The notes under the pieces were generated by a model, which was not told the origin of the DNA, made no database searches, and saw nothing but the letters and a program-made list of their open reading frames with translations. From an uncultured virus (IMG/VR IMGVR_UViG_3300035162_003174) (taxonomy: Duplodnaviria > Heunggongvirae > Uroviricota > Caudoviricetes), in IMG/VR virus record IMGVR_UViG_3300035162_003174: DNA of 20,000 nt. One strand, 5' to 3'. Positions 1 to 7,886 of this stretch are shown piece after piece. Each line of letters starts with the position of its first letter. The stretch's first letter is position 1. Position numbers and translations under genes: made by a program.

Positions 1-462
1 GTCCTGAACATTTAAAAGTCTACATTTTACATTAACGCCCGATTTAGGTAGGTTAAATTCAAATAACCCTTTTTCGTTTGGTGTTATTTTAGCTTTTATA
101 ATATTTAATTCATCTAAAGCGATTGTCGTCTCAAAATCTTTCCCTGTTTTAGGGTCTTTTAATTTAAAATTATAATCTGAGCCGAAAGCGGTATTTCTTA
201 AAAAGATTAAGATAGCTTCCGCATCGCCGTCAAGTAATTCATTTACGTTAAAATCTGGCTCATAAATTTTATTCTTCAGTAATGTCATCACTAAATTGTT
301 ATTCCCTGCGTTTGATAATAATATATTTTCATCTTGAGCAGTTAAATAACCCACCTTAAGAGATTTTTTCTTACTTGTGTAGAATAAACCTTGTGATGGT
401 AATGGTACCACATCATGTGGTAAGTCCATATTCATTTCTCCGTATTGTTTTCCTTGGTCCAT
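1..462 (-). CDS. Baseplate hub assembly protein, T4 gp26-like (partial; runs off the window start)
   Basis: Not in the ORF track. Manual translation from ATG at 462 is open to position 1: MDQGKQYGEMNMDLPHDVVPLPSQGLFY...YLTAQDENILLS...LLDGDAEAILIFLRNTAFGSDY...FEFNLPKSG. The LPS-G, T-x-x-DE-x-IL and D...L-x-x-LR pattern resembles gp26-like proteins. Lies directly downstream of the tail tube gene. Confidence 0.7.
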   Translation of the reverse strand, partial: MDQGKQYGEMNMDLPHDVVPLPSQGLFYTSKKKSLKVGYLTAQDENILLSNAGNNNLVMTLLKNKIYEPDFNVNELLDGDAEAILIFLRNTAFGSDYNFKLKDPKTGKDFETTIALDELNIIKAKITPNEKGLFEFNLPKSGVNVKCRLLNVQD

Positions 463-478
463 AATTGTTTATTAAAAT

Positions 479-514
479 AAAAAACCATAGAAGTTCAATG
501 ACCTCTATGGTTTT
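479..514 (-). terminator. Rho-independent terminator-like hairpin after the tail tube gene
   Basis: Inverted repeat AAAACCATAGA (481-491) / TCTATGGTTTT (504-514). On the minus strand the stem ends in a T-rich run. Confidence 0.65.
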
Positions 515-556
515 AAATATACTATTGATTGTTTTATTATCAACACTTGTTTTCTA

Positions 557-1045
557 TTAGTACACCAAAATACATCTATCAGGACGTAATGTTGCTGTAA
601 TTGTCGCTAACGCGTCGTCACTATAACCTAAACTGTCGAAATTAACGTCAGTTAAGAATGTCCCTTGTAATATCCATTTCTCAACTGCTACCCCTGTTGG
701 GTCTAACATCTCTAAGTCTAAATCTTTCTTATAACCTGCTGCGTATCCCATACGACCTGTAACAGACTCTGAGTGTAGTCTAACCCACTCCATTAAAGCT
801 TGTGAGGCTGATGGCCCGATTGGGTCACGGAAAGTAACGTTTATTGTGTTCCAGGTAAATCTACCTGCCACGTAAGTGGATGTGTTTAGAAAAGGAATTT
901 CTGTGGACCCGATTTGGATGTTAGGTCTTGATGTAGACTCAACATACCAAGAATTAATCCCCAATGAAGATGGGAAAGATAAGATAAATCTATTCTTTCT
1001 TTTTGGTTCATAAGGAACGGGCATTTTCATTAATAAGTCTGCCAT
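557..1045 (-). CDS. Tail tube protein, T4 gp19-like
   Basis: 162 aa. EPKRKNRF, YVAGRFTWNTINVTFRD, W...GY...YKKD and EKWILQGTF...LGY motifs are typical of myovirus tube proteins. Downstream of the sheath gene. Confidence 0.88.
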   Translation of the reverse strand: MADLLMKMPVPYEPKRKNRFILSFPSSLGINSWYVESTSRPNIQIGSTEIPFLNTSTYVAGRFTWNTINVTFRDPIGPSASQALMEWVRLHSESVTGRMGYAAGYKKDLDLEMLDPTGVAVEKWILQGTFLTDVNFDSLGYSDDALATITATLRPDRCILVY

Positions 1046-1082
1046 TGTATTTTGGTTTTATATTTCTTTTAGTTTATTTAAT

Positions 1083-1090
1083 TATAAATA
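1083..1090 (-). promoter_or_regulatory. TATTTATA putative late promoter (tail tube)
   Basis: Plus strand reads TATAAATA, i.e. TATTTATA on the coding strand, about 37 nt upstream of the ATG at 1045. The same motif precedes other virion genes. Confidence 0.6.
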
Positions 1091-1167
1091 TCCAGTTTAA
1101 AAGTTTTTCTATTTACTTTTATTTTTTTTTCAGTAATCTACTAGAGCAAATAAAATAATAATAATTA

Positions 1168-2019
1168 TTATACTTCTTTTTTATTTCCTCCTTTAGTTAA
1201 ATATGTTTTAACTGGTTTATCTTTATATTCTTTATTTAAAAAGGCTTTAATTTTTTCTACATTGCCTGGGTCGTCATCAGAAAACCCAATCATTGGTACA
1301 AAATTATTTTTTATATCATTTTTAAGAAAGGCTTCTTTACCAATTTTCTTACTTATATCTCTAACATAAGAGATAAATTCACGTAAAGCTTTAATCTTCC
1401 CTTCTTCAGGGTCAGCAGCATCACCTTCACCGTAAGTTACGGGGTAATACCTATTAAGGTCCAAATAGTCGTTAATCATACCGAAGTAATTTTCTCTGTC
1501 GTCACCCGTAATATTACGATATTTTTTAAGGTTGTCAATTAAAGATTCCTTACTAATACCATTATGGTCAGTAACTATCATATTATAAATAGCTTCACGT
1601 AAAACTGAAGGTGTGTGACCTCTAGCGGTGATTATTGAAAAAATGGAACCCCCATTTATCGCTTCAACAAAATCACCCCATGATGGACCTGGTTTAGCTA
1701 ACATAGAATCAATTATAAATGCGCTATCACCTTGTATACCGAAATTTTTATAAGGGTCCTTAGAGTATCCCACAATCATCTTACCGTTGTATTCAAAAGG
1801 CTCTTTACCTATCATACTTCGATAATCTGCAAAATCTTCAGTAGACATACCTACCTCTTCATCATTGTCAGTTAATACTAAAATTTGGGTAGGCATGGTG
1901 GCGATGTTATCGTCCCAGTCGAATGCATAATATTTTAAGTCTGGATTACCTTCAGGGTCAAACCCTTCACATAGTAACCTTTCGTTAAAAAATTCCCTTA
2001 TGACTCCCTTTAAACTCAT
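1168..2019 (-). CDS. HAD-superfamily phosphatase-like protein with short N-terminal leader
   Basis: Motif I YAFDWDDNI (DxD), motif II SIITARGH, a candidate Lys (EEGKIKAL) and motif IV IGFSDDDPGN. Confidence 0.7.
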   Translation of the reverse strand: MSLKGVIREFFNERLLCEGFDPEGNPDLKYYAFDWDDNIATMPTQILVLTDNDEEVGMSTEDFADYRSMIGKEPFEYNGKMIVGYSKDPYKNFGIQGDSAFIIDSMLAKPGPSWGDFVEAINGGSIFSIITARGHTPSVLREAIYNMIVTDHNGISKESLIDNLKKYRNITGDDRENYFGMINDYLDLNRYYPVTYGEGDAADPEEGKIKALREFISYVRDISKKIGKEAFLKNDIKNNFVPMIGFSDDDPGNVEKIKAFLNKEYKDKPVKTYLTKGGNKKEV

Positions 2020-2168
2020 TATCTATTTGGTTTCTTATTAATTTTCTCTATTAATCTTTCTAGTTGAGTTTCAGAAATAACAATATTCTGAGGTTTTTCT
2101 GAGAAAGACTTACTACCGTTAGACTTTACGTCTAAAGCTTCGTTAAGTATTTTTTTCTTAAATTCCAT
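2019..2168 (-). CDS. Small 49-aa hypothetical protein
   Basis: Not in the ORF track. MEFKKKILNEALDVKSNGSKSFSEKPQNIVISETQLERLIEKINKKPNR*. Its stop overlaps the next start (TAATG), it fills the intergenic gap, and a TATTTATA motif lies upstream. Confidence 0.75.
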   Translation of the reverse strand: MEFKKKILNEALDVKSNGSKSFSEKPQNIVISETQLERLIEKINKKPNR

Positions 2169-2197
2169 TTTATTTTTATTTAAACTTTTAATTGGCT

Positions 2198-2223
2198 AAG
2201 AAGGGAGAATTAACTCCCCTCTT
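2198..2223 (-). terminator. Stem-loop downstream of the sheath gene (terminator or 5' stabilising hairpin)
   Basis: Minus strand AAGAGGGGAG-TTAATT-CTCCCTTCTT: a 10-bp stem with one G-U pair. The U-tract is weak. Confidence 0.5.
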
Positions 2224-2226
2224 TAT

Positions 2227-2234
2227 TATAAATA
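2227..2234 (-). promoter_or_regulatory. TATTTATA putative late promoter (49-aa ORF and HAD gene)
   Basis: Plus strand TATAAATA just after the sheath stop codon, oriented toward the ATG at 2168. Confidence 0.5.
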
Positions 2235-2244
2235 TAGTTAGTTA

Positions 2245-5200
2245 TTAAATATCTTCAAAAGATGCTCCTGTAGGAGTAATCAAAAATTCAATATCAATAA
2301 ATTCAAGTGCTCTTGTTGGTTTCAAGTAAATTTTACCTGTTAACGTATTAGAGTCCAAATCTTCAGGTGTACCTGAAACTGTAACTCTAAAGTCAATTAA
2401 ACCTCTGTCTCTCCTAATACTATCTAAGATAGGGTTAACTGAGTCTAAGAACTCTTGTCTTACTTGTTCGTCATTTTGTTCGAACAATAATCTTACCGCC
2501 ACAGCTGAAATTAGTTTACGTGCTTGTAGTAATAATCTTCTAACGTTTATTCTATCAAGTGCAGATTCTTTAACTTGTAAAGTTTTGTTACCCCATATTA
2601 CAGTACCAACATCAGAGAAGGTTGCAATTGGGTTTAATCTACCTTGGTATAGTGTATCTCTATCTTCTTGTGTTAATTTCTTACGTGCTTTAACTGAGTT
2701 AACTAAACCTCTTGTGTAACCCGCTGATGCGAACCATGGGAAAGCTATATTATCAGTTAATGCTAAGTTCCTAACAACCTCACCTGTTGGTGGGAGATAT
2801 ATTTGTGTATTATTAACCGTGTCTCTCGTAAGTATCCATGGATAATAAGTTGCCGTGTAGTTAGAGTCTATTCCCGTATCTACTAAATTATCTACCGCCT
2901 CTTCAGGGTAAATAAAGTCAGTATCAAAACTACCTAATGAAGGTGTAAACATTTGATAGTCAGGTGTAGTACAGATATAAATTGAATCTGCTCTATCCTG
3001 TTCAACCATATCAATTGCTGACTCAACTAAGTTTGAGTTATTTACATAATCAATACCTGTTGTAGTAAACACATTAATGTTAACTGATTCAGGATTATTA
3101 AATGTATATTGACCCCATAAGTAAGCGTAATAATCTGTGTTAGCCCAAGTTAATTGGTCTGGTCCTACAATTTGTTTAAATGCTCCCCATCCTGTTGCGG
3201 TTGGATAACTTATCGATGGTGCCGCCCCTTTTCTAAATCCTGCAGCTCCTAATTGATATCTGTCACCGTTAGTTCTATATTGTCTATAAATATCCCATCC
3301 ATCGAAACCTCCCGATGGAACTACTGTGAACTTACGTGCATTTAATCTAAAATATGGACTACCTTCAGTTGGTTCTGAATCGAAACTCGCGTCTCCAACT
3401 TCAAAAGCCGTTTCACCTGACGTAACATAATTAGAAGAAATCCTAATAACCGTTGCTCCTGAATCCATATGGTAACCTTTAGTAAGGTAACCCCATGGTT
3501 GTGAATCAGTTGCAGTCCCTAAATTTGTAGGGTTTTGTTTTCCTTTATACTGTAAGAAATCTGAATCAATCCCTACGGTGTTTGAAACACCTAAGAAAGT
3601 TCTTCTTACTCTATCACCTGAACTTCTCGATTCATTGTCACTACCTGTCGCCGCTCCAAATGGTGGGTTCCAAATAACTTCACCTGGTGTGTCGTATTTT
3701 GTTTTATATTCTAAGAATGGTGAATTAACTCCTGAGTATTGTCTAGTTTGGTATCCACGGAAACCACAAGGTAGTGAGTCATAAGGTGCGTCCTCATTCA
3801 TCTCTAACATTATAAATCTTGACCTTAACTCAAACTCCCCATTAGATGTACCAATTCTTTTAGCTACAAAACTATTTTGATTCATATCCATCGTACAGTT
3901 AGTAAATTTCTCTAAAACTACTGGATTAGCGTCGGTATCGAAGAAATCACGTACAACTACATCGAATGTCCCATTATTAAATGAAATGTTCATAATGGAA
4001 ACTTTTATCTCTCTATTTGCGGTGTTACCATCAGATATCGTTAATACCTTAAACATATTGTAAATTTGATTACCCCTTAATTCAGAAACGAAATAAGGTG
4101 TTTCAGGTGTTTGGTATCTTTCTAAGTACCACCCAATACTTGTATTGGTCGCTAAATCTTGTCTAGCACTTGGTAAATCAATTAGTTCACAACTTAATCC
4201 ACGGACTTTACCTAAACGATACCCCGTATTTAATAAGTTATAATATTCTTCCTCAACAAATAATGGTACCTCTGATTTCGGTTTCGCAAAATTTGATTTA
4301 CCAAATACCTTTGAAAGGTAGTTTGAACTAGATAAGTTAAATGATGTTTGGAATATAAAGTTATCTCCATCGGTAGTTGTTGCAGAGACTGCAAAAGTCG
4401 AAAAAGGATTAGTGGATATACCAGAATACGCTCCTGTACAATCTAAAAGAACGTCAGTTACCCCTGATACCTCATAAACTGGTCCGTCATCATTTGTATA
4501 GTTATCTATACCTCTTGAACGTAAAGTTGCAACTACCACATCGTGGTAACCGCTATATGGTGTACCCGAATAGTTTGTTACATAAACATTAGCCGTACCT
4601 TGGAAGTTAAGACCTACATTCGTCATTGATGTTACACCCATACCAAAACCTGTACCGTTATACACGTTAGCGGTTTCAGTAAATAATGCGTAATACCATG
4701 GGTCATTAACCGATGCGGTTAAATCACAAGATTCAAAAAGAATATCTTCCACATTAAATACATTAGTATTAACTGACCCAAGAGCTCCCGTTTGATTAAC
4801 CGTATCACCTGTAGTACTATTAAATGTATCCGCACTTACCGACCCCCAAAAATAAGAGGTTTCTCCTGAAGTAGTGTTGTTTACAATCTCCGAATATAAG
4901 TATGTATTCATATCACGAATGATAGAGGACTCTCCACCAGTATACGTAGTGTATGGATTTGTTATCACATCTTCTATTTCTGAAGGTAATGAGGTGTAGC
5001 TGGTTACCTCAAGACTTGTGGATGTTCCTGAAACTCCTGTAAATGAAATAGCAAAAGGTCCAGCTACTCCCGTAGCGGTTGTACCTGAGCTATCTAAGTT
5101 ACCGATAGTTGTTATTGACCATGAAGGTCCTGCGTCGTACCCTGATAAACCAAGTACTCTAGTAACAAACAATTGATTTGATTGTTGTAGATAAGACTTT

Positions 5201-5442
5201 GCTATGTAAGCTGCCTCGTACTTAGGTATCTGAGTATTTACGAATTTAGTTGGATTTGTACCACCAAAATAGGATTGGAACTCATCGTAATTAGTTATGA
5301 AAATCGGCTCGAACGCTGGTCCCGAAATTGTTTCACCTACTAACCCAAGAGTTGTGACTCCCACACTTTGTGCTACAAAACTTAAATCTCTTTCTGATGT
5401 ATAAACACCCGGAGATACAAATACTTTGTTAGATGTTGCCAT
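2245..5442 (-). CDS. Contractile tail sheath protein, T4 gp18-like, enlarged
   Basis: N-terminal FVSPGVYTSERDLS and G...GPAFEPIFITNYDEF...FGG. C-terminal YYPW, PWFASAGYTRG, LYQGRLNPI, VIWGNKTLQ, LDRINVRRLL, FEQND and IYLKPTRALEFI are hallmark sheath motifs. Confidence 0.95.
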   Translation of the reverse strand: MATSNKVFVSPGVYTSERDLSFVAQSVGVTTLGLVGETISGPAFEPIFITNYDEFQSYFGGTNPTKFVNTQIPKYEAAYIAKSYLQQSNQLFVTRVLGLSGYDAGPSWSITTIGNLDSSGTTATGVAGPFAISFTGVSGTSTSLEVTSYTSLPSEIEDVITNPYTTYTGGESSIIRDMNTYLYSEIVNNTTSGETSYFWGSVSADTFNSTTGDTVNQTGALGSVNTNVFNVEDILFESCDLTASVNDPWYYALFTETANVYNGTGFGMGVTSMTNVGLNFQGTANVYVTNYSGTPYSGYHDVVVATLRSRGIDNYTNDDGPVYEVSGVTDVLLDCTGAYSGISTNPFSTFAVSATTTDGDNFIFQTSFNLSSSNYLSKVFGKSNFAKPKSEVPLFVEEEYYNLLNTGYRLGKVRGLSCELIDLPSARQDLATNTSIGWYLERYQTPETPYFVSELRGNQIYNMFKVLTISDGNTANREIKVSIMNISFNNGTFDVVVRDFFDTDANPVVLEKFTNCTMDMNQNSFVAKRIGTSNGEFELRSRFIMLEMNEDAPYDSLPCGFRGYQTRQYSGVNSPFLEYKTKYDTPGEVIWNPPFGAATGSDNESRSSGDRVRRTFLGVSNTVGIDSDFLQYKGKQNPTNLGTATDSQPWGYLTKGYHMDSGATVIRISSNYVTSGETAFEVGDASFDSEPTEGSPYFRLNARKFTVVPSGGFDGWDIYRQYRTNGDRYQLGAAGFRKGAAPSISYPTATGWGAFKQIVGPDQLTWANTDYYAYLWGQYTFNNPESVNINVFTTTGIDYVNNSNLVESAIDMVEQDRADSIYICTTPDYQMFTPSLGSFDTDFIYPEEAVDNLVDTGIDSNYTATYYPWILTRDTVNNTQIYLPPTGEVVRNLALTDNIAFPWFASAGYTRGLVNSVKARKKLTQEDRDTLYQGRLNPIATFSDVGTVIWGNKTLQVKESALDRINVRRLLLQARKLISAVAVRLLFEQNDEQVRQEFLDSVNPILDSIRRDRGLIDFRVTVSGTPEDLDSNTLTGKIYLKPTRALEFIDIEFLITPTGASFEDI

Positions 5443-5475
5443 TGTGTAATTTTTTTCTTAAGTTTTTATTTATTG

Positions 5476-5482
5476 ATAAATA
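5476..5482 (-). promoter_or_regulatory. TATTTAT putative late promoter (sheath)
   Basis: Plus strand ATAAATA, about 33 nt upstream of the sheath ATG at 5442. Confidence 0.6.
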
Positions 5483-5519
5483 TTATGAAAAATACCAAAA
5501 AACTATTAAGCTAAGACTA

Positions 5520-5527
5520 TATTTATA
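5520..5527 (+). promoter_or_regulatory. TATTTATA putative late promoter (small RHH-like gene), divergent from the sheath promoter
   Basis: TATTTATA about 50 nt upstream of the ATG at 5578. Confidence 0.5.
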
Positions 5528-5542
5528 AAGAGTATGAAAAAC

Positions 5543-5564
5543 TTCTACCTTTTTTCTACCTTTT
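5543..5564. repeat. Tandem 11-bp direct repeat TTCTACCTTTT x2 (candidate operator)
   Basis: TTCTACCTTTT at 5543-5553 and 5554-5564, between the promoter motif and the RHH-like start codon. Confidence 0.55.
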
Positions 5565-5577
5565 TAAAAAAACACCT

Positions 5578-5727
5578 ATGAGTAAAATAAAAAACATAAA
5601 AATTTCACCTGAGTCTCATGAGACATTAAAACTCTACTGTAAAAAACATGGTTTTACGTTATATAAATTCATTGAGAAATTAATTGAAGAAAAGTGTAAA
5701 GAAGAAAAGGATATTTATGGGGAGTGA
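5578..5727 (+). CDS. Small ribbon-helix-helix (CopG/Arc-like) DNA-binding protein
   Basis: Not in the ORF track. MSKIKNIKISPESHETLKLYCKKHGFTLYKFIEKLIEEKCKEEKDIYGE* (49 aa): alternating beta strand KNIKIS, a helix, a G turn and a second helix. Its stop abuts the stop of the convergent gene at 5728. Confidence 0.7.
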   Translation: MSKIKNIKISPESHETLKLYCKKHGFTLYKFIEKLIEEKCKEEKDIYGE

Positions 5728-6768
5728 CTAAAGTAAACGAGCTTTAGCTTTTAAAACTGACTCCTTACTATTATCATTCTTTACTACATCAATTTTAATT
5801 GAGTCATTAGTTGAAACCTTAATAACCGGAACATCGTCACCAATATAATTACCATTAATGTATGTGGAGTAACTATCGACATTAGTACTCTCTAAAATAG
5901 ATAAGTTAATCTCATATCTATAAGTCTCTGTTAAAGACGTAACACCATTAATAAAACGTATGTCTAAATCAAAATTATTTGGATTAGAAGGGTACTTCTC
6001 TACTTTCCGACCAGTATTCAATGTGTCAACCTCAAAGATAGTCGCGGTTCTTGAAATTGCCGGTGAAACCTCAAACTCTTCTTCATCCAATAGAAACCCC
6101 ATCATTAGAAATTCATAACTTTGTACGTAATACTTTCTTTTCTCCAATTCTAAAACAGATTCATCAGACGAACTGTTTAAAATCATTGGGATATAATGTC
6201 CCTTTATTTCGGTATATGCTTGTCTTGATGAAAATTTCTGTAAGACTTTTTTATTAAAATCATTCAGTTCCCTCATTCTATTACAGAATATTTTAACGTT
6301 AAATGTTATATCTACGGGCACAGGTTGGGGTATCTTGTAAATGTCCATACCCTTTCTTTGACCATCCCATGTGGGTACTTTAGCGTAGTAAAATTGTCTA
6401 CGATTAGGTATTGTATATTGTAAGGATGGGTTAGTCCCAAATTTAACATCAGGATTTCTAACTGTGGCAACAAAGGGTGGTTTTATATTTTTATCTAAAT
6501 CTTGAAAATTCCATGTTTCAGTAAATTGTGCCCAATTTTGGGTAGTAATAATTAAATCAATATTACTTATATTTTTACCGTTTACTGAAATACCTAATTC
6601 ATTCTTTACGAAATCTAACATACCCCTATCTAAATCGGCGTGTAGAATAGATTTAGGTAGGTAAGTCCCATTTTCTTCAATTTGTTCCAACAACTCTTCC
6701 CTCCTTTTAAGCAGAATCTTATTGAGAGTTAAGGGTAAATGTTTCTTTACGTTTTTAGGTAATCCCAT
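5728..6768 (-). CDS. Tail terminator / sheath stabiliser, T4 gp15-like, with C-terminal extension
   Basis: 346 aa. The PQPVPVDITFNVKIF...ELNDFNKKVLQKF pattern resembles gp15-like P-P-x-x-x-x-Y/F...Q-I-L-x-x-F. Located between the neck-like and sheath genes. Confidence 0.55.
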   Translation of the reverse strand: MGLPKNVKKHLPLTLNKILLKRREELLEQIEENGTYLPKSILHADLDRGMLDFVKNELGISVNGKNISNIDLIITTQNWAQFTETWNFQDLDKNIKPPFVATVRNPDVKFGTNPSLQYTIPNRRQFYYAKVPTWDGQRKGMDIYKIPQPVPVDITFNVKIFCNRMRELNDFNKKVLQKFSSRQAYTEIKGHYIPMILNSSSDESVLELEKRKYYVQSYEFLMMGFLLDEEEFEVSPAISRTATIFEVDTLNTGRKVEKYPSNPNNFDLDIRFINGVTSLTETYRYEINLSILESTNVDSYSTYINGNYIGDDVPVIKVSTNDSIKIDVVKNDNSKESVLKAKARLL

Positions 6769-7328
6769 TATTTTTTATTTTCACTTATAAAAAAAACTTT
6801 ATTTTTAGAGTTAATCATCTCAACCTCATTAGCGTTATAGATTGGTTTTTCACTTCCCTTTCTGACGAATGAATCGTACTTATACGGATTATAAGTGATT
6901 ATGTTTTCATTTGGCTCATCAGGTAAATCTTCACACGGGTAATTACAAAACTCCACTAAGGTTCCGATAACAAACGCGTGGACATTTTTTCTCATCTCAT
7001 CCCTTACTTTTTCTTTTCCTCCCTGTCTAACTCTAAACTCTACGTCATTTAATTTAACGTAATCGGCATACATAACAATTTTACCCTTATATGAAACTGA
7101 AAATGTGTGTTTATGTAAATTATAATAAACCATAACTTTTTCACCTACGTAGTTTACCTCTTGATTATTGTTACCACATTTATGACAAATATATGGGTCA
7201 TCCCCACCGTCACTTAAATCCCAAGACCAACCACAATCATCACACACAACTTTTTCGCCCTCGATACCTTCACACATATGTACCATACAACTTTTAATTA
7301 AATTTATCTCTTTTATTAATTTTTTCAT
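6768..7328 (-). CDS. Hypothetical phage protein: leader, Zn ribbon and conserved C-terminal domain
   Basis: CDDC...CHKC zinc ribbon (aa 29-51). C-terminal VYYNLHKHTFSV...RKNVHAFVIG...ITYNPYKYDSFV. Translationally coupled to both neighbours by overlaps. Confidence 0.7.
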   Translation of the reverse strand: MKKLIKEINLIKSCMVHMCEGIEGEKVVCDDCGWSWDLSDGGDDPYICHKCGNNNQEVNYVGEKVMVYYNLHKHTFSVSYKGKIVMYADYVKLNDVEFRVRQGGKEKVRDEMRKNVHAFVIGTLVEFCNYPCEDLPDEPNENIITYNPYKYDSFVRKGSEKPIYNANEVEMINSKNKVFFISENKK

Positions 7329-7840
7329 ATCCCTCTAAATTCACCGTCATTAACAGGTGCTGCAATTATACTTCGGTAGAAAGGTTTGTAACCTCCATAC
7401 GTATGTTTATTATCACTAACAACTCGGCCGTCATTTACAACTGAATAATATCTTACTCGGTCCTCAGTTTCATAATACCCTAAGTAATCACCATAATCGA
7501 TGTCGATATTTAACTCATCTAACGATTCTTGATAGACACCCACTTTTAAGTTCCCGGGCTCCATTTGAGATAAGTTAGAACTAGCATAATTTTGATTATC
7601 AGGTGACTCAATGGTAACATAACCTTTAAACTCTACAGGTGGTAAAAATTGTATTCCGTCTTCTAATGATTCACCATAAACATCGTCAGTTTTTGTTTTT
7701 TGTCGGTCAACCCGATATAAAACTATAGTAAAATGCATGTCACCCTCAAGCCATTCTCGACCCATACTTTGTTCTAAACCAAAATCTTCGGACCCAAAAA
7801 ACTTCTCTAATCGTGTTATAGGTATCTTTCTGTTACTCAT
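7325..7840 (-). CDS. Head closure / neck protein, T4 gp14-like
   Basis: 171 aa. The VLYRVD...DDVYGES...F...VEF and GDYLGY...YYSVVND pattern resembles head-closure proteins. First gene of the unit leading to the tail terminator. Confidence 0.55.
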   Translation of the reverse strand: MSNRKIPITRLEKFFGSEDFGLEQSMGREWLEGDMHFTIVLYRVDRQKTKTDDVYGESLEDGIQFLPPVEFKGYVTIESPDNQNYASSNLSQMEPGNLKVGVYQESLDELNIDIDYGDYLGYYETEDRVRYYSVVNDGRVVSDNKHTYGGYKPFYRSIIAAPVNDGEFRGI

Positions 7841-7843
7841 ATA

Positions 7844-7872
7844 TTGATAAATACATAGTTTATTGTTATATT
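7844..7872 (+). promoter_or_regulatory. Sigma70-like promoter for the helicase gene
   Basis: TTGATA (7844-7849), 17-nt spacer, TG-n-TATATT (7867-7872), 14 nt before the ATG at 7887. Overlaps the divergent TATTTAT motif. Confidence 0.4.
7847..7853 (-). promoter_or_regulatory. TATTTAT putative late promoter (neck/terminator unit)
   Basis: Minus strand reads TATTTAT-CAATAT-ATG, only 6 nt before the start at 7840. Confidence 0.55.
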
Positions 7873-7886
7873 ATAAATATCTCAAT

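Noticed and set aside
1091..1167. T-rich tract and (AAT)n run between the tube and HAD genes
   Set aside because: Low-complexity AT-rich spacer with no convincing stem or ORF.
557..7840. Bacterial contractile injection system, tailocin or T6SS interpretation
   Set aside because: Head-neck proteins, a family B polymerase, a helicase and phage-style promoters are present, and no bacterial housekeeping genes are seen; a phage genome fits better.
7872..7879. TATAAATA as a canonical T4 late promoter for the helicase
   Set aside because: It is the only copy in that orientation before a gene; it is better explained as a second TATTTATA serving the minus-strand neck gene.
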